IMG/VR virus record: IMGVR_UViG_3300047300_000283
Coordinates: 1-36,604 of that record
From: a virus
Taxonomy: Duplodnaviria; Caudoviricetes
Reading direction: 5' to 3' (one strand)
Length of the DNA: 36,604 nt
The position numbers were made by a program, and so were the translations under genes. Under the pieces are notes generated by a model. It had not been told where the DNA came from, searched no databases, and was given only the letters and a program-made list of their open reading frames with translations. Each line of letters begins with the position of its first letter. Within the stretch, counting starts at the first letter, position 1. Of the stretch, positions 26,351 through 33,721 are shown one piece after another.

Positions 26351-26850
26351 TTGGTATGCTGCTCGATCCAGATGCCGCCCTTGATGCGGTAAACAATGCG
26401 GTGCGGCTGGTCAAGAAAGCCAGCGCAACGGCGCAGAGCGTGGAGTCTTTGGCCCCCATGCTGGGCAAATACTTTGATGCCAAAGCCAATGCCATTGCCT
26501 CTGCTGAAGCTGCCAAGGCTGGCACGTTTGGCGGCTCGTCAATGGGCAAGGCGCTTGAGATTGAGCTGGCCATTGACTCTCAAAAAGAGTTTGAAGAAGA
26601 CTTAAAGCGCCTGTTCTGGAATGCCAACAAGATGGATGTGTGGCAGAAGATCAAGGCTCGGGCTACTGTCATGGAAGCAGAGGCCGCTAAAGCCGCTGGC
26701 AAGGCCAAAGAAGACGCTAGGCGCAAGAAGCAAAAAGACCAAGAGGAACTTGAAACGGCAATTGCCATCATCATCTCGGTCGCCATTTTTTGTGGCTTGA
26801 TGTGGGGTGGATGGGAATTGATCTCCTTCTGCCGACAAAACGGTTGCTGA
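26347..26850 (+). CDS. Coiled-coil protein with C-terminal TM (lysis region)
   Basis: Helical body plus IAIIISVAIFCGLMW TM. Confidence 0.75.
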   Translation: MIGMLLDPDAALDAVNNAVRLVKKASATAQSVESLAPMLGKYFDAKANAIASAEAAKAGTFGGSSMGKALEIELAIDSQKEFEEDLKRLFWNANKMDVWQKIKARATVMEAEAAKAAGKAKEDARRKKQKDQEELETAIAIIISVAIFCGLMWGGWELISFCRQNGC

Positions 26851-26854
26851 CAAT

Positions 26855-27043
26855 GTGTGGAAACTTCTCAAGTGGTTTGATGTTGGCGCAGACTGGAAAC
26901 TTGGGTTCGACCGATTCCTCAAGACTTGCTGCGTCCTCATCCTCGTTCACCACTTGCTGGACATCCTCTATGTCTTGCCCGTTGAAGACTCCAAGTCAAT
27001 CATTGATTTCATAAAATCCAGCATCCCATTTGGAGGCAAATGA
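26855..27043 (+). CDS. Small membrane protein
   Basis: Hydrophobic segment and ATGA coupling to 27040. Confidence 0.5.
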   Translation: MWKLLKWFDVGADWKLGFDRFLKTCCVLILVHHLLDILYVLPVEDSKSIIDFIKSSIPFGGK

Positions 27044-27264
27044 GAAATCTAATTTTTTTTATTTTTGTATCTATCTTGTTGTCAGGATGTTTTGAGGACA
27101 AGTTTAGATATTTCTGCCAAAACCCTGACAACTTTTACAAAGAGCAATGTCAGAAGCCTCGTTGCCAGTTTACGCAGACTTGCCCGGAGTATCTTGTAGC
27201 ACCTGTCTTGGAGAAACAAATTGAGCAAACTCGACCAGCCTCAGAGCCAACACCTGTCCGCTGA
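27040..27264 (+). CDS. Cys-rich lipoprotein
   Basis: Lipobox LLSGC, RYFCQNP.N.....CQKP.C.....CP motif, GGAGG SD. Confidence 0.75.
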   Translation: MRNLIFFIFVSILLSGCFEDKFRYFCQNPDNFYKEQCQKPRCQFTQTCPEYLVAPVLEKQIEQTRPASEPTPVR

Positions 27265-27700
27265 AGAAATTGAGGTCAGGATATGGGGTTTCGTAGTCAT
27301 CATGATTACGCTCATTCTGACATTCATTGTCTTTGCATTGCTGTACTCAGTAACATTTGTTACGCAACCGATCAAGGCAATGGCTCCGATTGACCAAGCC
27401 TATACAAAGATGCTGAACGACATTGTTTTGCTGATTGTTGGTGGTATCGGTGGGGTTGTGGGTAAACGAGCAGTGGGGGCGGCAGCGCAAACATTCTCCC
27501 CAAAGCCACCAGCGGCTGCGGTTCCTGTGCCACAGCCGCAAAACCCGACAAGTCTTCCTGACTTCAACTGGATGGGTTTTAAGAACCCTGAGTTGGATGA
27601 ATCATGGACTCCCGGCCCGCCACCTACAACACCGCCAGATCATCTTGAAGATGATGACGAGCGACAAGTAATTGCCGCCGCACGACTTGAGGACAAATGA
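27221..27700 (+). CDS. Two-TM membrane protein with Pro-rich tail (holin-like)
   Basis: Two TM helices, MAPID..Y.KMLNDIVLLIVGGIGG motif. TTG start with GGAG SD. Confidence 0.7.
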   Translation: MSKLDQPQSQHLSAEEIEVRIWGFVVIMITLILTFIVFALLYSVTFVTQPIKAMAPIDQAYTKMLNDIVLLIVGGIGGVVGKRAVGAAAQTFSPKPPAAAVPVPQPQNPTSLPDFNWMGFKNPELDESWTPGPPPTTPPDHLEDDDERQVIAAARLEDK

Positions 27701-28200
27701 TGTTTGGAATACCACTTCCTTGGGTTATTGGTGGCGCAGCAATCCTTGTTATCTCTACCTACTTCACAGGCCATCACAAAGGCTGGACACAGCGTGATGC
27801 TGAGATGCAAGTAGAGATTGCCAAAAAGAATGAGGAATCTCGCGCCAAAGAACAAGAGATGGTTATTGCTGTCAATCAGAAAGATGAAGAATTAAGAAAG
27901 GCTAACGATGTTGTCAACAAAAAACAAACTGATCTTAATCGCCTCATTGCTACTGGCAGGGTGCGGCTCCCGACCCCAAGTTGCGTACAAGCCCCCGCAA
28001 GTACCACCGTTGCCGCCGGAAATAGCGCAGAAGAAAGAGCCAAACCTGACGAACAGGCTAATCAACCTTCTGACTCCGAGCGAGAAACCCTCAAACTCAT
28101 CGCCCAAATTGCCGCAGACGGAGACAAAGCAATAAACCAACTCAACGCCTGCATCGACTCCTACAACGAAATGAGGAAAATCGTCAATGGTCAACGCTGA
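27697..28200 (+). CDS. Rz: Rz-like inner-membrane spanin
   Basis: N-terminal TM, coiled coil, G.VRL, GDKAI.QLNAC..Y motifs. Contains an embedded lipoprotein ORF. Confidence 0.85.
   Translation: MMFGIPLPWVIGGAAILVISTYFTGHHKGWTQRDAEMQVEIAKKNEESRAKEQEMVIAVNQKDEELRKANDVVNKKQTDLNRLIATGRVRLPTPSCVQAPASTTVAAGNSAEERAKPDEQANQPSDSERETLKLIAQIAADGDKAINQLNACIDSYNEMRKIVNGQR
27908..28135 (+). CDS. Rz1: Rz1-like outer-membrane spanin lipoprotein (embedded, +1 frame)
   Basis: Signal peptide with LLAGC lipobox and a Pro-rich mature part, fully nested in Rz. Confidence 0.8.
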   Translation: MLSTKNKLILIASLLLAGCGSRPQVAYKPPQVPPLPPEIAQKKEPNLTNRLINLLTPSEKPSNSSPKLPQTETKQ

Positions 28201-28786
28201 ACAACTCAATCAATTGCATATTGACTCTAAGTGGGTTGATCCACTGAACGAAACATTCAAGCGTTTTGATATTGCTACGCCTCGTCAGCAAGCCGCTTTT
28301 ATCGGTCAGTGTGGTCATGAATGTGGTCACTTCAAGATGCTTGAGGAAAACTTGAATTACCGCGCTGAAACCCTGATGAAGCTGTGGCCCAAGCGGTTTC
28401 CTTCACTTGAGTTTGCCAAGCAGTACGAGCGCAATCCTAAGAAGATTGCCAACTCTGTCTATGCTAACCGCATGGGTAACAGAGATGAAGCCTCTGGTGA
28501 CGGTTATCGCTTCCGTGGTCGTGGCTGTATCCAATTGACAGGATCAGCTAACTACTTCCATGCTGGCAAGGCTTTGGGCGTTGATTTTGTGATGCAACCT
28601 GATTTAGTTGCTACACCTCAGTACGCAGCACTAACCGCTGGTTTCTTTTGGAACACACAGCGATTAAATGCTTTGGCTGAAGTATTGAATCACACAGCAC
28701 TGACCAAGAAGATCAATGGTGGGACTATCGGTCTAGATGACCGTATCAAGCACACTAACCATGCCTTGGCAGTTCTAGGCGGCTAA
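28187..28786 (+). CDS. Glycoside hydrolase family 19 endolysin
   Basis: AAFIGQCGHEC, ENLNY, YRFRGRGCIQLTG..NY, TKKINGG..GL.DR motifs. Confidence 0.95.
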   Translation: MVNAEQLNQLHIDSKWVDPLNETFKRFDIATPRQQAAFIGQCGHECGHFKMLEENLNYRAETLMKLWPKRFPSLEFAKQYERNPKKIANSVYANRMGNRDEASGDGYRFRGRGCIQLTGSANYFHAGKALGVDFVMQPDLVATPQYAALTAGFFWNTQRLNALAEVLNHTALTKKINGGTIGLDDRIKHTNHALAVLGG

Positions 28787-28946
28787 TCGGCACATAACAA
28801 CAAGCCTCAGAAGCACTTGTCTCAACCAATACGACAGGTGTTCTTTGGCCCATTGTTTGTTTTGGGTGATTGATATACAGCTTGCAGTTATGGTAATAGT
28901 GATCTGGGTGTTCTGGGTCACATCGCGTAATGTCAAACGGCATCAT
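28755..28946 (-). CDS. Small Cys-containing hypothetical protein (MMPFDITRC...)
   Basis: DITRC...C..Y motif. Last gene of the leftward operon, overlapping the endolysin 3' end. Confidence 0.55.
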   Translation of the reverse strand: MMPFDITRCDPEHPDHYYHNCKLYINHPKQTMGQRTPVVLVETSASEACCYVPISRLELPRHG

Positions 28947-29226
28947 TCTTGTATTCCAATTCAAGTAAGAGTTCCAAGTAATGGATTGCTTTCTTGATGT
29001 CAGCCGCACCGTTCTTTTCTTTGTGACGGGTGACATACTTGATGACATTCCCTTCACAAAATCCCAGATCGTTGGCGTGGATATAGACAATAGGCTGGAT
29101 GCCTTTGTCCTTGTAGTGATTGCCTGATACCTGTTTGTTAAGTGCGGATTGTGTGCCTGTTTTCATTCCACAATGCCCAAGGTTAACGCAATGAGTTGGA
29201 TTTTTACAGGTATCACAAAGCATCAC
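28933..29226 (-). CDS. DUF3310 (SaV-like) protein
   Basis: QV.G.HYK...IQP, FCEGNVIKYVTR...KNG..DI.KA.HYLE motifs. Confidence 0.9.
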   Translation of the reverse strand: MMLCDTCKNPTHCVNLGHCGMKTGTQSALNKQVSGNHYKDKGIQPIVYIHANDLGFCEGNVIKYVTRHKEKNGAADIKKAIHYLELLLELEYKNDAV

Positions 29227-29540
29227 GACTCCTTCACAAACACGCCGTTTTCGTTCATAAAACCCTTGCGCGGCTCGATGACCTTATAAGCGTTATAGAA
29301 GCATTGACGCACATCTAGGTCTGTCAATACCGCCACATTTACCAAAGTCACCATTACATCGCCAATTGCGTCTGCAATCTCGGCTCGGTCATTCTTGGCA
29401 ATGGCGACCAACAATTCACAGGCTTCTTCCACTGTTTTGCTTGCTTGGCCTAATGCTGTGCCGTTTTTGTAAATGCCTCTGGCTTCTGCCCATTGCATAA
29501 CAGCAAACTCTGTACTGCTAAACGATTGTGTTTCTTTCAT
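29223..29540 (-). CDS. MazG-like nucleotide pyrophosphohydrolase
   Basis: WAEARGI, K..EE..EL, DAIGD..VTL, AY..I..RKG....GVFVKE motifs. Confidence 0.88.
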   Translation of the reverse strand: MKETQSFSSTEFAVMQWAEARGIYKNGTALGQASKTVEEACELLVAIAKNDRAEIADAIGDVMVTLVNVAVLTDLDVRQCFYNAYKVIEPRKGFMNENGVFVKES

Positions 29541-29560
29541 GTTTATCCTAAAAGGTGGGG

Positions 29561-30019
29561 CTATTGAAAATTCAGGACAGCGTTAATCCCATACTTTTGT
29601 CTAGCAAACAAGTCATATGCTTGAGCAGCTTCTACCTCAGTTTTAAAATATCCAATATGGACATTTTTACCATCATGTTTCACTTGAACTCTAAATTTAT
29701 TTGCGGATTTTTGACTATTGCAAAGACGTGACACTCCTATGTACTTTGATGTGTACTTGCCATGATGACTATTAGCCTTATTTCCTTGATGAGTTGTAAA
29801 TCTCAAATTAACTTTTCTGTTATCTAGGCCATTTCCATTTATGTGGTCAACAATTTGACCAGATTTTGCATTAATGATAAGCCTATGCAGATAAGTTCTT
29901 CCACTTCTTACGTATGTCACGTTCTTGTTTATTGATGAAGACCACGACTTGCCAAACACTAAGTGCCAATCTTCATCATCAATTATTGCTACGCCACCGT
30001 TTTTAAGTTGAATTTCCAT
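29561..30019 (-). CDS. HNH endonuclease with AP2 domain
   Basis: YLHRLI, VDHINGNGLDNRK.NLR, SKYIGV, IGYF.TE.EAA.AYD motifs. AT-rich. Confidence 0.92.
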   Translation of the reverse strand: MEIQLKNGGVAIIDDEDWHLVFGKSWSSSINKNVTYVRSGRTYLHRLIINAKSGQIVDHINGNGLDNRKVNLRFTTHQGNKANSHHGKYTSKYIGVSRLCNSQKSANKFRVQVKHDGKNVHIGYFKTEVEAAQAYDLFARQKYGINAVLNFQ

Positions 30020-30034
30020 CTTTGCCTCCGTTCG

Positions 30035-30292
30035 TCAAAAAGGGACGTCATCAGCCATGTCATCAAACCCGCTTGATTTGGGCTTGGAAGCCTGTTTAAC
30101 GGGCTTTTCGTCTTTAGGCTTGACAGACAGGCTCATAAACTTTTTACCCGTCTTCTCGCTTGTTTTAAGCCATCCAGAAACCCACAGGTCAACGCCATTG
30201 ACGTTCAGGCTACCTTTGTAGTCGGGATGGTTGTCTTGTTGCTTGTCATCGTTTTTGAAGATGGCTCCGCGATTGCTGTTGTCGTATTGCAT
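30035..30292 (-). CDS. Single-stranded DNA-binding protein (small, DUF736-like)
   Basis: G.IFKN..K..DNHPDY.G motif, acidic DDVPF C-terminal tip, adjacent to ERF. Confidence 0.8.
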   Translation of the reverse strand: MQYDNSNRGAIFKNDDKQQDNHPDYKGSLNVNGVDLWVSGWLKTSEKTGKKFMSLSVKPKDEKPVKQASKPKSSGFDDMADDVPF

Positions 30293-30293
30293 T

Positions 30294-30908
30294 TCATTCC
30301 TTTGCTTTTTTGATTGCCGAACGGGTCTTGCTGTCAAGCAGTGACCACAGTGCGACCTTTTGATCTGCCTCTAGGTTCTCCGAATCAAGCCGTTCAAGGG
30401 CTTGTTTTGGATTGCCTTCAGCAACATTAGCGATTAGTTCAACCGCTAATTCTTGAAGATACTGCATTTCCTCTGGAGGAATGTTGTCTGCAATACCTTG
30501 TGCCGGGGTGATGATGACCTTCTTTTCTTCAACAGGTTTTGATGAATCAAGAGCATCGTGTTCAACAATTTCAAGCGCAGCAACCCACAAATATCTACGG
30601 AGGTAGGTTTGCACTGCCCCAAGATTTTGAACCTCGTGACAGCCCTTTAAAGCGGCGCTAGACATGGGTGATTCAATGAGGATCACTTCCTCTGGCTTTT
30701 CGTTGTTGACAATCCGCATATCTGCGGTTTCTTTGCCAAAGCTGATGATGCCTGTCAGCCCAACTTCTTTAAAGATGTCCAAAGCCGGGATGATGAAGTC
30801 GCCAAGTTCAAAGTATTTGTAACCAGCGAACTTGTTGTGGCCTGACTTCTTGAGTTCAATGCTGTGGAACTTAGCCCGAGCCGCATTGAGTTTTTGATAG
30901 ACATTCAT
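30294..30908 (-). CDS. erf: ERF family single-strand annealing protein
   Basis: KKSG.N.F..Y.YFEL.D and LGAVQTYLRRYL motifs. Confidence 0.9.
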   Translation of the reverse strand: MNVYQKLNAARAKFHSIELKKSGHNKFAGYKYFELGDFIIPALDIFKEVGLTGIISFGKETADMRIVNNEKPEEVILIESPMSSAALKGCHEVQNLGAVQTYLRRYLWVAALEIVEHDALDSSKPVEEKKVIITPAQGIADNIPPEEMQYLQELAVELIANVAEGNPKQALERLDSENLEADQKVALWSLLDSKTRSAIKKAKE

Positions 30909-31048
30909 TTTGATTCCTTCAGTAAGTTCTTAGATTCTTCATCTAGGTCTTGATATTCGACCCAGTGGTTTTCCTGACAGCAAGAGCGTTTGTCATTGCG
31001 CTCCTCAAGGCAGTAAGCGCAGAATTCTACGCCTTCAAAGTCAGTCAT
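30905..31048 (-). CDS. Small Zn-finger-like protein (47 aa, CAYC...CCQENH)
   Basis: Manually translated. ATGA-coupled at both ends. Confidence 0.7.
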   Translation of the reverse strand: MTDFEGVEFCAYCLEERNDKRSCCQENHWVEYQDLDEESKNLLKESK

Positions 31049-31200
31049 TGTGGTTTCTTTACTGGTTGGGCAAGAAGCCACTTATCGCCAAGGTAGCGGA
31101 TGGATCGCACCCATTGACGGCAGTTATGGCGCTGGATGTGTGCTGGCACACCTTGAACGCAGAACATACTGCGAACTTTACTCAATACTTGTGTGTTCAT
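31045..31200 (-). CDS. Small hypothetical protein (51 aa, QWVRSIRYLGDKWLLA)
   Basis: Manually translated. AAGG SD and ATGA coupling. Confidence 0.7.
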   Translation of the reverse strand: MNTQVLSKVRSMFCVQGVPAHIQRHNCRQWVRSIRYLGDKWLLAQPVKKPQ

Positions 31201-31345
31201 CATCTACCTTTGTCAGTTCAATTGATGCAGGCAGATCACGATAGCTGCCACCTTTAACGTGATTGAAGCCGTAGCCTTCAATCATTTTGTTTGCGTAGTC
31301 AAGAAGAATCTTCTCGATCTCTGCGCGGGTAAATTCAATTTTCAT
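31178..31345 (-). CDS. Small hypothetical protein (55 aa, MKIEFTRAEIE...)
   Basis: TAGGAG SD. First gene behind promoter C. Confidence 0.7.
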   Translation of the reverse strand: MKIEFTRAEIEKILLDYANKMIEGYGFNHVKGGSYRDLPASIELTKVDDEHTSIE

Positions 31346-31371
31346 GGACGCTCCTAAGTTGTTGAGCCTCT

Positions 31372-31416
31372 ATTGTTAACTCAAAAAAAGTGTGTGTGTA
31401 TAGGTATAAACCCTAG
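31372..31416 (-). promoter_or_regulatory. Promoter C: CTAGGGTTTATACCTAT box plus AACAAT -10
   Basis: Same architecture as A and B, followed by caacaac-TTAGGAG-ATG. Confidence 0.6.
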
Positions 31417-31904
31417 GTTCTTACAAAATTCCCATGCAATTTTTTGGCGGCTTCTGTGTAAGCAAGTGCAGCTTCTTTTTCTGTCTTGAACGATCCAAGA
31501 TAGTGGCGCTTATTCATAAATCTAATTTCTGCGATCCAGCTATATTTTGATCTGTATATTCCTTTGTAAGAATTTCTTGAGTCAACTCTTTTTTTTCTAT
31601 TCATCATATTTTGCTGATGAGTCACTTCCCTAAGATTTGAAATTTGATTGTTGGTTCTATTTCCGTCTATGTGATCTATGTTTGTTGGATTCATGCCATA
31701 AACCATTGTCCATATCAATCTGTGTATTCGATAGATTTTTGTTTTCCCAGATAATTTTGTGTAGACAACAATGTATCCATGCTTGTCTTTTGCTGAAATT
31801 GGCTTTGATAAGTCTGTTGTATAAGCTCTTTTGATCCTCCAATAAAGATCGCCAGTTTTTTCGTCATATCTAAAATTTTCCAACAAGATTTGTTGAGTCA
31901 GCAT
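31413..31904 (-). CDS. HNH endonuclease with AP2 domain
   Basis: YD..TG.L.W, HRLIW...YG..P..IDHIDGNRTNN.I.NLR, YLG.F.T..EAA.AY motifs. The true start is MLTQQ at 31904 (GGAGG SD). Confidence 0.92.
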   Translation of the reverse strand: MLTQQILLENFRYDEKTGDLYWRIKRAYTTDLSKPISAKDKHGYIVVYTKLSGKTKIYRIHRLIWTMVYGMNPTNIDHIDGNRTNNQISNLREVTHQQNMMNRKKRVDSRNSYKGIYRSKYSWIAEIRFMNKRHYLGSFKTEKEAALAYTEAAKKLHGNFVRT

Positions 31905-31906
31905 AT

Positions 31907-32028
31907 GGCCTCCAAGCCAAAAAAAAGCCCAAGAGGACAGTCTCATCTTTCGATGTTGGAGGACATGGCTAGCACCATGCAGACTGCCTTCTTGGGCTTG
32001 CTAGATTGAATTATCGCCTCCAAGCGAT
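31907..32028 (-). ncRNA. c4-like antisense RNA with upstream and downstream target sites
   Basis: 19-bp closing stem (31925-31943/31981-31999) with two inner hairpins and a U-tail. Unpaired CCUCCAA and UGCUAG are complementary to flanking TTGGAGG (twice) and CTAGCA. Confidence 0.75.
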
Positions 32029-32034
32029 GTGAAA

Positions 32035-32063
32035 ATTCTAAGGGTTTTTACTGATACGCACAA
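32035..32063 (-). promoter_or_regulatory. Leftward sigma70-like promoter (TTGTGC-17-TAGAAT)
   Basis: The -10 TAGAAT ends 7 nt before the first hairpin of the c4-like RNA. Confidence 0.55.
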
Positions 32064-32080
32064 CATTTTTTTGATGTAAT
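32039..32080 (+). promoter_or_regulatory. Promoter D: TAAGGGTTTTTACTGAT box plus TGTAAT -10 (near-leaderless)
   Basis: Degenerate copy of the box. ATG 32089 lies 8 nt after the -10 element. Confidence 0.5.
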
Positions 32081-32088
32081 CTTGCGCC

Positions 32089-32271
32089 ATGAACCAACAC
32101 GACCAAGACGAGTACGAGGCAAGCGAGGCATTACTTAACTATGCGATTTCGCTTGTCAAACAGTACACAGACCATCCGGGTGATCTTGATGCGGCTACCA
32201 AAGCCCTATTGATTTCCACACTAGAACAACTTTTTAACAGGAGAATTTACATTGAGCAAGTTATTAGCTAA
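32089..32271 (+). CDS. Hypothetical protein (60 aa)
   Basis: First gene of the rightward operon. Confidence 0.65.
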   Translation: MNQHDQDEYEASEALLNYAISLVKQYTDHPGDLDAATKALLISTLEQLFNRRIYIEQVIS

Positions 32272-32668
32272 ACAGTATTACTTGGATCAGATCAAGAAAG
32301 ATAATGCGCCGCATCGAAAGATTGCAAACCGCATGGCTGGCAAGTTTGATGTTTCACCAGCGTTGATTAAAAATGAGTTGCTTGAGGAGGGCTACATTCG
32401 CATCTCTAAGGTTGTCTTTATCAAGGGTGAGCAAAAGCGTAACTTTTACTTTGAGTTGACTGACAAAGAATTGAGCACTGCTAAAGAAATTAAGTTCACA
32501 CAATCAAACAAGTGGGAAGACGGAACACCTAAGAGCAGTGGCAACGCATTTGATTTGTCCACCGCCAAGGGATTGTTTAACAAGTCTGAGTTGGCTGCTT
32601 CTCAGAACAAAGGCAAGCCACACAACTACAACACACCAGTGCAAATCATTGCGTACTCACGAGCATGA
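32252..32668 (+). CDS. Hypothetical protein, possible winged helix
   Basis: AGGAG SD, TTG start, ELLEEGYI.I.K pattern. Confidence 0.65.
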   Translation: MSKLLAKQYYLDQIKKDNAPHRKIANRMAGKFDVSPALIKNELLEEGYIRISKVVFIKGEQKRNFYFELTDKELSTAKEIKFTQSNKWEDGTPKSSGNAFDLSTAKGLFNKSELAASQNKGKPHNYNTPVQIIAYSRA

Positions 32669-32856
32669 CATACAAAACCGATCCAGTTTCACAGTGCGAA
32701 GGCAAAGACAAGTTGCCAACAAAAGAGATTGCACTTGTCATTGTTGGAAGACGCAGGGACAGTGCGATGGAGGCTTATCGCTGCCCACATTGCAATTACT
32801 GGCACGTTGGTCACGCAACGCCTAAACAACGCAATTTTAAGAAAGCCCCCAAATGA
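32665..32856 (+). CDS. Small Zn-ribbon protein
   Basis: C.GK and AYRCPHCNYWHVGH motifs. Confidence 0.8.
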   Translation: MTYKTDPVSQCEGKDKLPTKEIALVIVGRRRDSAMEAYRCPHCNYWHVGHATPKQRNFKKAPK

Positions 32857-33074
32857 GTGGCAAAGGGAGTTCACCAAGACCGTTCTCTGTATCCGCAGAG
32901 GATTTTTCAAACCGATGGGATGCCATCTTTTCAAAAGGAAAGTCAAATGTTAACAATGTTCCAAAAGAAACCAGTGGGCCAGATGGCTCGACTCCAACTG
33001 TTACTGAGCAGGAAAGAGGGAGCGACAGCAGCGGAAATTGCTCGCTATCTGCCGACCACAAGCCCCCACAGTAA
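32853..33074 (+). CDS. Small hypothetical protein (GKGSSPRPFSV...F..RWD.IF)
   Basis: ATGA coupling. Recognisable N-terminal motif. The 3' part overlaps the next gene. Confidence 0.6.
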   Translation: MSGKGSSPRPFSVSAEDFSNRWDAIFSKGKSNVNNVPKETSGPDGSTPTVTEQERGSDSSGNCSLSADHKPPQ

Positions 33075-33171
33075 GATGGCTAGGCTTGTCAGAACACATG
33101 GCTGGACAATCTTGAAAAAAGATAAAGCTGACGGAACAAAACAATACTTTGGAAAGGCTCCAAAAAAATGA
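32947..33171 (+). CDS. Winged helix-turn-helix protein
   Basis: LL.RKEGATAAEIARYLPTTSPHSKMARL...G..I pattern. AAGGA SD. Confidence 0.7.
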   Translation: MLTMFQKKPVGQMARLQLLLSRKEGATAAEIARYLPTTSPHSKMARLVRTHGWTILKKDKADGTKQYFGKAPKK

Positions 33172-33545
33172 GCGACTTGTTTGAATCAGGGTTTGACAAG
33201 TTTTGGGCTATTTGGCCTAAGCACCCACGCAAAGGGGCTAAATCAAAGTGCCAAGAGGTTTGGAAGAAGACTTACTGCGAGTCGTGTGCTGACCAGATCG
33301 TCAAACACATTGCTTGGATGCTGACAACAGACGCATGGCGTAAGGACGCAGGGGCGTACATTCCTGCACCTTTGGTTTACCTGAATCAACAACGGTGGGA
33401 TGGCGCTGAAATACCAGAAAACTTCCAAGCCAAAGCTGTTGAGATTGTTGACCCAGCACTGCAAAAGATTGCTGAGGATAGAACTAAGGCAGCTCCTATG
33501 CCTGAGCACATTCGAGAGAAGCTAAGGCAGATCAGAAAAATGTGA
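33168..33545 (+). CDS. Replication initiator/replisome-organiser C-terminal-domain protein
   Basis: FDKFW.IWPK..RK..K......WKK and YIPAP..YLNQQRWD motifs. No N-terminal HTH. Confidence 0.75.
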   Translation: MSDLFESGFDKFWAIWPKHPRKGAKSKCQEVWKKTYCESCADQIVKHIAWMLTTDAWRKDAGAYIPAPLVYLNQQRWDGAEIPENFQAKAVEIVDPALQKIAEDRTKAAPMPEHIREKLRQIRKM

Positions 33546-33553
33546 TTTTTCTT

Positions 33554-33581
33554 AAAAGGGGCTTGACAGGCTCCTTTTTTT
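33554..33581 (+). terminator. Intrinsic terminator after the replication gene
   Basis: AAAAGGGGC-TTGACAG-GCTCCTTTTTTT. Confidence 0.7.
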
Positions 33582-33591
33582 ATGGCGTAAT
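33563..33591 (+). promoter_or_regulatory. Sigma70 promoter TTGACA-17-(TG)-CGTAAT
   Basis: Consensus -35, 17-nt spacer, extended -10. The first RNA hairpin starts 7 nt downstream. Confidence 0.75.
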
Positions 33592-33597
33592 TGAATC

Positions 33598-33700
33598 GTT
33601 GCCGTGGAAAGCGACCGACTTTTAAAGCCGTTTACTCATGCCTTCGCCCTTGGTTTTTACTTTAGGGTTTCCACCGAGGGCAGTAGTAAGCGGCTTTTTT
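33598..33700 (+). ncRNA. c4-like/attenuator RNA
   Basis: Hairpin with a GTGGAAA loop, then a 13-bp plus 8-bp stem with a bulged TTTCCAC complementary to that loop, ending in U6. Confidence 0.7.
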
Positions 33701-33721
33701 GTTTGTCAAGTCACATCAACC

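Noticed and set aside
31925-31999. tRNA gene
   Set aside because: It has a multi-stem junction but no T-loop/D-loop consensus, anticodon arm or CCA end. It fits a c4-like RNA better.
33661-33676. TTTAGGGTTTCCACCG as a sixth promoter box (also GATAAGGGTTTATG at 4051)
   Set aside because: No -10-like hexamer at the expected distance. The first lies inside the c4-like RNA stem and the second at a coupled gene junction.
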